This document shows positions 56,401 to 64,000 of a DNA stretch of 64,000 bases, one piece after another. The DNA lies in the NCBI GenBank assembly GCA_964016885.1, contig OZ024741.1, forward strand, positions 11,780,001-11,844,000, written 5' to 3'. The notes beneath the pieces are model-generated. The model was given only the letters and a program-made list of their open reading frames with translations. It was not told the origin of the DNA and did no database searches. The translations under genes were made by a program, and so were the position numbers. Position 1 is the first letter of the stretch, and each line of letters opens with the position of its first letter. The DNA comes from Eledone cirrhosa (lineage: Eukaryota).

Positions 56401-59400
56401 TGTGTCACTATATGTATGTGTGCGTGTCACTATATGTTTGTGTCTGTGTCACTATATGTATGTGTCTGTGTCACTATATGTATGTGTCTGTGTCACTGTA
56501 TGTATGTGTCTGTGTCACTATATATATGTGTCTGTGTCACTATATGTATGTCTCTGTGTCACTATGTGTATGTGTCTGTGTCACTATATGTATGTGTCTG
56601 TGTCAGAATATGTATGTGTCTGTGTCACTATATGTATGTGTCTGTGTCACTATATGTATGTGTCTGTGTCACTATATGTTTGTGTCTGTGTCACTATATG
56701 TATGTCTCTGTGTCACTATGTGTATGTCTCTTTGTCACTATATGTATGTGTCTGTGTCACAGTATGTATGTGTCTGTGTCACTATATGTATGTGTCTGTG
56801 TCACTATATGTATGTGTCTGTGTCACTATATGTATGTCTCTGTGTCACTGTATGTATGTGTATGTGTCACTATATGTATGTCTCTGTGTCACTGTATGTA
56901 TCTGTCTGTGTCACTATATGTATGTGTCTGTGTCACTATATGTATGTGTCTGTGTCACTATATGTTTGTGTCTGTGTCACTATATGTATGTGTCTGTGTC
57001 ACTATATGTATGTCTCTGTGTCACTATGTGTATGTGTCTGTGTCACTATATGTATGTGTCTGTGTCAGAATATGTATGTGTCTGTGTCACTATATGTATG
57101 TGTCTGTGTCACTATATGTATGTGTCTGTGTCACTATATGTTTGTGTCTGTGTCAATATATGTATGTCTCTGTGTCACTATGTGTATATCTCTGTGTCAC
57201 TATATGTATGTGTCTGTGTCACTATATGTATGTGTCTGTGTCACTATATGTATGTGTCTGTGTCACTATATGTATGTCTCTGTGTCACTGTATGTTTGTG
57301 TCTGTGTCACTATATGTATCTGTCTGTGTCACTATATGTATGTGCCTGTGTCACTATATGTATGTGTCTGTGTCACTATATGTTTGTGTCTGTGTCACTA
57401 TATGTATGTGTCTGTGTCACTATATGTATGTCTCTGTGTCACTATATGTATGTGTCTGTGTCACTATATGTATGTCTCTGTGTCACTATATGTATGTGTC
57501 TGTGTCACTATATGTATGTGTCTGTGTCACTATATGTATGTCTCTGTGTCACTGTATGTATGTGTATGTGTCACTATATGTATGTCTCTGTGTCACTGTA
57601 TGTATCTGTCTGTGTCACTATATGTATGTGTCTGTGTCACTATATGTATGTGTCTGTGTCACTATATGTTTGTGTCTGTGTCACTATATGTATGTGTCTG
57701 TGTCACTATATGCATGTCTCTGTGTCACTATGTGTATGTGTCTGTGTCACTATATGTATGTGTCTGTGTCAGAATATGTATGTGTCTGTGTCACTATATT
57801 TATGTGTCTGTGTCACTATATGTATGTGTCTGTGTAACTATATGTTTGTGTCTGTGTCACTATATGTATGTCTCTGTGTCACTATGTGTATGTCTCTGTG
57901 TCACTATATGTATGTGTCTGTGTCACTATATGTATGTGTCTGTGTCACTATATGTATGTGTCTGTGTCACTATATGTATGTCTCTGTGTCACTGTATGTT
58001 TGTGTCTGTGTCACTATATGTATCTGTCTGTGTCACTATATGTATGTGTCTGTGTCACTATATGTATGTGTCTGTGTCACTATATGTTTGTGTCTGTGTC
58101 ACTATATGTATGTGTCTGTGTCACTATATGTATGTCTCTGTGTCACTATATGTATGTGTCTGTGTCACTATATGTATGTGTCTGTGTCACTATATGTATG
58201 TGTCTGCGTCACTATATGTATGTGTCTGTGTCACTATATGTATGTGTCTGTGTCACTATATGTATGTGTCTGTGTCACTATATGTATGTGTCTGTGTCAC
58301 TATATGTATGTGTCTGTGTCACTATATGTTTGTGTCTGTGTCACTATATGTATGTGTCTGTGTCACTATCTGTATGTCTCTGTGTCACTATGTGTATGTG
58401 TCTGTGTCACTATATGTATGTGTCTGTGTCAGTATATGTATGTGACTGTGTCACTATATGTATGTGTCTGTGTCACTAAATGTATGTGTCTGTGTCACTA
58501 TATGTATGTGTCTTTGTCACTATATGTATGTGTCTGTGTCACTATATGTATGTGTCTGTTTCACTATATGTATGTGTCTGTGTCACTATATGTATGTGTC
58601 TGTGTCACTATATGTATGTGTCTGTGTCACTATATGTATGTGTCTGTGTCACTATATGTATGTGTCTGTCACTATATGTATGTGTCTGTGTCACTATATG
58701 TATGTCTCTGTGTCACTATATGTATGTGTCTGTGTCACTATATGTATGTGTCTGTGTCACTATATGTATGTGTCTGTGTCACTATATGTATGTGTCTGTG
58801 TCACTATATGTATGTGTCTGTGTCACTATATGTTTGTGTCTGTGTCACTATATATATGTGTCTGTGTCACTATATGTATGTCTCTGTGTCACTATATGTA
58901 TGTGTCTGTGTCACTATATGTATGTGTCCGTGTCACTATATGTATGTGTCTGTGTCACTATATGTATGTGTCTGTGTCACTATATGTATGTGTCTGTGTC
59001 AATATATGTATGTCTCTGTGTCACTATATGTATGTGTCTGTGTCACTATATGTATGTCTCTGTGTCACTATATGTATGTGTCTGTGTCACTATATGTATG
59101 TGTCTGTGTCACTGTATGTATGTGTCTGTGTGACTATATGTATGTGTCTGTGTCACTATATGTATGTCTCTGTGTCACTATATGTATGTGTCTGTGTCAC
59201 TATATGTATGTCTCTGTGTCACTGTATGTATCTGTCTGTGTCACTATATGTATGTGTCTGTGTCACTATATGTATGTGTCTGTGTCACTATATGTTTGTG
59301 TCTGTGTCACTATATGTATGTGTCTGTGTCACTATATGTATGTCTCTGTGTCACTATATGTATGTGTCTGTGTCACTATATGTATGTGTCTGTGTCACTG

Positions 59401-61800
59401 TATGTATGTGTCTGTGTGACTATATGTATGTGTCTGTGTCACTATATGTATGTCTCTGTGTCACTATATGTATGTGTCTGTGTCACTATATGTATGTCTC
59501 TGTGTCACTGTATGTATCTGTCTGTGTCACTATATGTATGTGTCTGTGTCACTATATGTATGTGTCTGTGTCACTATATGTTTGTGTCTGTGTCACTATA
59601 TGTATGTGTCTGTGTCACTATATGTATGTCTCTGTGTCACTATGTGTATGTGTCTGTGTCACTATATGTATGTGTCTGTGTCAGAATATGTATGTGTCTG
59701 TGTCACTATATGTATGTGTCTGTGTCACTATATGTATGTGTCTGTGTCACTATATGTTTGTGTCTGTGTCACTATATGTATGTCTCTGTGTCACTATGTG
59801 TATGTCTCTGTGTCACTATATGTATGTGTCTGTGTCACTATATGTATGTGTCTGTGTCACTATATGTATGTGTCTGTGTCACTATATGTATGTCTCTGTG
59901 TCACTGTATGTTTGTGTCTGTGTCACTATATGTATCTGTCTGTGTCACTATATGTATGTGCCTGTGTCACTATATGTATGTGTCTGTGTCACTATATGTT
60001 TGTGTCTGTGTCACTATATGTATGTGTCTGTGTCACTATATGTATGTCTCTGTGTCACTATATGTATGTGTCTGTGTCACTATATGTATGTCTCTGTGTC
60101 ACTATATGTATGTGTCTGTGTCACTATATGTATGTGTCTGTGTCACTATATGTATGTCTCTGTGTCACTGTATGTATGTGTATGTGTCACTATATGTATG
60201 TCTCTGTGTCACTGCATGTATCTGTCTGTGTCACTATATGTATGTGTCTGTGTCACTATATGTATGTGTCTGTGTCACTATATGTTTGTGTCTGTGTCAC
60301 TATATGTATGTGTCTGTGTCACTATATGTATGTCTCTGTGTCACTATGTGTATGTGTCTGTGTCACTATATGTATGTGTCTGTGTCAGAATATGTATGTG
60401 TCTGTGTCACTATATTTATGTGTCTGTGTCACTATATGTATGTGTCTGTGTCACTATATGTTTGTGTCTGTGTCACTATATGTATGTCTCTGTGTCACTA
60501 TGTGTATGTCTCTGTGTCACTATATGTATGTGTCTGTGTCACTATATGTATGTGTCTGTGTCACTATATGTATGTGTCTGTGTCACTATATGTATGTCTC
60601 TGTGTCACTGTATGTTTGTGTCTGTGTCACTATATGTATCTGTCTGTGTCACTATATGTATGTGTCTGTGTCACTATATGTATGTGTCTGTGTCACTATA
60701 TGTTTGTGTCTGTGTCACTATATGTATGTGTCTGTGTCACTATATGTATGTCTCTGTGTCACTATATGTATGTGTCTGTGTCACTATATGTATGTCTCTG
60801 TGTCACTATATGTATGTGTCTGTGTCACTATATGTATGTGTCTGTGTCACTATATGTATGTGTCTGCGTCACTATATGTATGTGTCTGTGTCACTATATG
60901 TATGTGTCTGTGTCACTATATGTATGTGTCTGTGTCACTATATGTATGTGTCTGTGTCACTATATGTATGTGTCTGTGTCACTATATGTTTGTGTCTGTG
61001 TCACTATATGTATGTGTCTGTGTCACTATCTGTATGTCTCTGTGTCACTATGTGTATGTGTCTGTGTCACTATATGTATGTGTCTGTGTCAGTATATGTA
61101 TGTGACTGTGTCACTATATGTATGTGTCTGTGTCACTAAATGTATGTGTCTGTGTCACTATATGTATGTGTCTTTGTCACTATATGTATGTTTCTGTGTC
61201 ACTATATGTATGTGTCTGTTTCACTATATGTATGTGTCTGTGTCACTATATGTATGTGTCTGTGTCACTATATGTATGTGTCTGTGTCACTATATGTATG
61301 TGTCTGTGTCACTATATGTATGTGTCTGTCACTATATGTATGTGTCTGTGTCACTATATGTATGTCTCTGTGTCACTATATGTATGTGTCTGTGTCACTA
61401 TATGTATGTGTCTGTGTCACTATATGTATGTGTCTGTGTCACTATATGTATGTGTCTGTGTCACTATATGTATGTGTCTGTGTCACTATATGTTTGTGTC
61501 TGTGTCACTATATATATGTGTCTGTGTCACTATATGTATGTCTCTGTGTCACTATATGTATGTGTCTGTGTCACTATATGTATGTGTCCGTGTCACTATA
61601 TGTATGTGTCTGTGTCACTATATGTTTGTGTCTGTATCACTATATGTATGTGTCTGTGTCACTATATGTACGTGTCTGTGTCACTATATGTATGTGTCTG
61701 TGTCACTATATGTATGTGTCTGTGTCACTGTATGTATGTGTCTGTGTGACTATATGTATGTGTCTGTGTCACTATATGTATGTCTCTGTGTCACTATATG
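51300..61800. repeat. Overlapping duplications with offsets ~4.2 kb and ~2.6 kb
   Basis: 52382/56604 (4,222), 54258/58458 (4,200), 57066/59682 and 57770/60386 (2,616), 58458/61118 (2,660). Confidence 0.78.
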
Positions 61801-64000
61801 TATGTGTCTGTGTCACTATATATATGTCTCTGTGTCACTATATGTATGTGTCTGTGTCACTATATGTATGTGTCTGTGTCACTGTATGTATGTGTCTGTG
61901 TCACTGTATGTATGTGTCTGTGTCACTGTATGTATGTGTCTGTGTCACTATATGTATGTGTCTCTGTCACTATATGTATTTGTCTGTGTCACTATATGTA
62001 TGTCTCTGTGTCACTATATGTATGTCTCTGTGTCACTATATGTATTTGTCTGTGTCACTATATGTATGTGTCTGTGTCACTATATGTATGTGTCTGTGTC
62101 ACTATATGTATGTGTATGTGTCACTATATGTATGTGTCTGTGTCACTGTATGTATGTGTCTGTGTCACTCTATGTATGTGTCTCTGTCACTATATGTATG
62201 TGTTTGTGTCTGTGTCACTATATGTATGTGTCTGTGTCACTATATGTATGTGTCTGTGTCACTATATGTATGTGTCTTTGTCACTATATGTATGTGTCTG
62301 TGTCACTATATGTATGTGTCTGTGTCACTATATGTATGTCTCTGTGTCACTATATGTATGTCTCTGTGTCCCTATATGTATGTGTATGTGTCACTATATG
62401 TATGTGTCCGTGGCACTATATGTATGTGTCTGTGTCACTATATGTATGTGTCTGTGTCACTATATGTATGTGTCTGTGTCACTATATGTATGTGTCTGTG
62501 TCACTATATGTATGTTTCTGTGTCACTATATGTATGTGTCTATGTCACTATATGTATGTGTCTGTGTCACTATATGTATGTGTCTGTGTCACTGTATGTA
62601 TGTGTCTGTGTCACTATATGTATGTGTCTGTGTCACTATATGTATGTGTCTGTGTCACTATATGTATGTGTCTGTGTCACTATATGTATGTGTCTGTGTC
62701 ACTGTATGTATGTGTCTGTGTCACTATATGTATGTGTCTGTATCACTATATGTATGTGTCTGTGTCACTGTATGTATGTGTCTGTGTCACTATATGTATG
62801 TCTCTGTGTCACTATATGTATGTGTCTGTGTCACTATATGTATGTGTCTCTGTCACTATATGTATGTGTCTCTGTCACTATATGTATGTGTCTTTGTCAC
62901 TATATGTATGTCTCTGTGTCACTATATGTATGTCTCTGTGTCACTATATGTATGTGTCTGTGTCACTATATGTATGTGTCTGTGTCACTATATGTATGTG
63001 TCTGTGTCACTGTATGTATGTGTCTGTGTCACTATATGTATGTGTCTGTGTCACTATATGTATTTGTCTGTGTCACTATATGTATGTGTCTGTGTCACTA
63101 TATGTATGTGTCTGTGTCACTATATGTTTGTGTCTGTGTCACTATATGTATGTCTCTGTGTCACTATATCTATGTGTCTGTGTCACTGTATGTATGTGTC
63201 TGTGTCACTATATGTATGTGTCTGTATCACTATATGTATGTGTCTGTGTCACTGTATGTATGTGTCTGTGTCACTATATGTATGTGTCTGTGTCACTATA
63301 TGTATGTCTCTGTGTCACTATATCTATGTGTCTGTGTCACTGTATGTATGTGTCTGTGTCACTATATGTATGTGTCTGTATCACTATATGTATGTGTCTG
63401 TGTCACTGTATGTATGTGTCTGTGTCACTATATGTATGTCTCTGTGTCACTATATGTATGTGTCTGTGTCACTATATGTATGTCTCTGTGTCACTATATG
63501 TATGTGTCTGTGTCACTATATGTATGTGACTGTGTCACTATATGTATGTGTCTGTGTCGCTATATGTATGTGTCTGTGTCACTATATGTATGTGTCTGTG
63601 TCACTGTATGTATGTGTCTGTGTCACTATATGTTTGTGTCTGTGTCACTATATATATGTGTCTGTGTCATTATATGTATGTCTCGGTGTCACTATATGTA
63701 TGTGTCTGTGTCACTATATATATGTGTCTGTGTCACTATATGTATGTGTCTGTGTCACTATATGTATGTCTCTGTGTCACTATATGTATGTCTCTGTGTC
63801 ACTGTATGTATGTGTCTGTGTCACTATATGTATGTGTCTGTGTCACTATATGTATGTGTCTGTGTCATTATATGTATGTGTCTGTGTCACTATATGTATG
63901 TGTCTGTGTCACTATATGTATGTGTCTGTGTCACTATATGTATGTGTCTGTGTCACTATATGTATCTGTCTGTGTCACTATATGTATGTCTCTGTATCAC

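Larger units (their letters stand above)
40070..62160. repeat. Right sub-array (variant family B)
   Basis: Diagnostic variants: CAGAATATG (18 copies, 40308-60386), TCCGTG, CTGCGTC, CAGTGTATGTATCTG and TGTTTCAC. A CAGTATATGTATGTGACTG...CACTAAATG cassette lies near 41480, 44090, 46050, 54230, 58430 and 61090. Confidence 0.85.
1..64000. repeat. 22-bp tandem satellite/minisatellite array, consensus CACTATATGTATGTGTCTGTGT, head-to-tail, ~2,900 monomers, extends past both window ends
   Basis: GTCACT recurs every 22 bp from start to end. Most monomers differ from consensus at 0-2 positions. Common variants are CACTGT, ATGTCTCTG, ATGTTTGTG, TATATATG and GTCTCTGTCAC. No inversion or non-repeat insertion was seen. 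Confidence 0.99.

Noticed and set aside
4-63529. Long + strand ORFs as protein-coding genes
   Set aside because: They overlap in all three frames with the same low-complexity peptide. The repeat unit is not a multiple of 3, and ORF ends are set by sporadic variants.
1-64000. CRISPR array
   Set aside because: Monomers abut directly with no unique spacers, and there is no leader or cas gene.
1-64000. Telomerase-synthesised telomeric repeat (TG-rich strand, length similar to long yeast telomere units)
   Set aside because: There is no GG run in the consensus. Variant patterns are copied in multi-kb blocks, which indicates recombinational amplification rather than templated addition. A subtelomeric location is not excluded.
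1-64000. Z-DNA or G-quadruplex forming array
   Set aside because: Purine-pyrimidine alternation lasts only ~13 bp, is AT-rich and is broken in each monomer. There are no G-tracts.
1-64000. TATA-like promoters in TATATA variants
   Set aside because: These are simple G>A monomer variants with no downstream gene or supporting context.
1-64000. Embedded transposon, inversion or unique insert
   Set aside because: None was seen. All deviations are substitutions or indels of 6 bp or less within monomers, or whole-monomer gains and losses.

Overview
The whole 64 kb window is one uninterrupted, single-orientation tandem array of a 22-bp monomer, consensus CACTATATGTATGTGTCTGTGT (about 2,900 copies; consensus 45% T, 23% G, 18% A, 14% C, no CpG). 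I found no unique sequence, gene, RNA gene, transposon or CRISPR spacer. All listed ORFs are artefacts: the + strand consensus cannot form a stop codon, and all three frames give the same 22-aa repeat. The structure lies in the variant monomers. They define a left domain (1-~39 kb) and a right domain (~40-62 kb) with largely different marker variants, plus variant-rich zones at ~39-40.3 kb and ~62.2-64 kb. They also reveal nested duplications with offsets from 88 bp up to 24,658 bp. An every-second-base-is-T register holds throughout, broken only by two copies of one 23-bp monomer. This looks like eukaryotic satellite/minisatellite DNA of microsatellite origin. The organism and chromosomal role cannot be determined from the sequence. 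Block boundaries were read by eye and are approximate.
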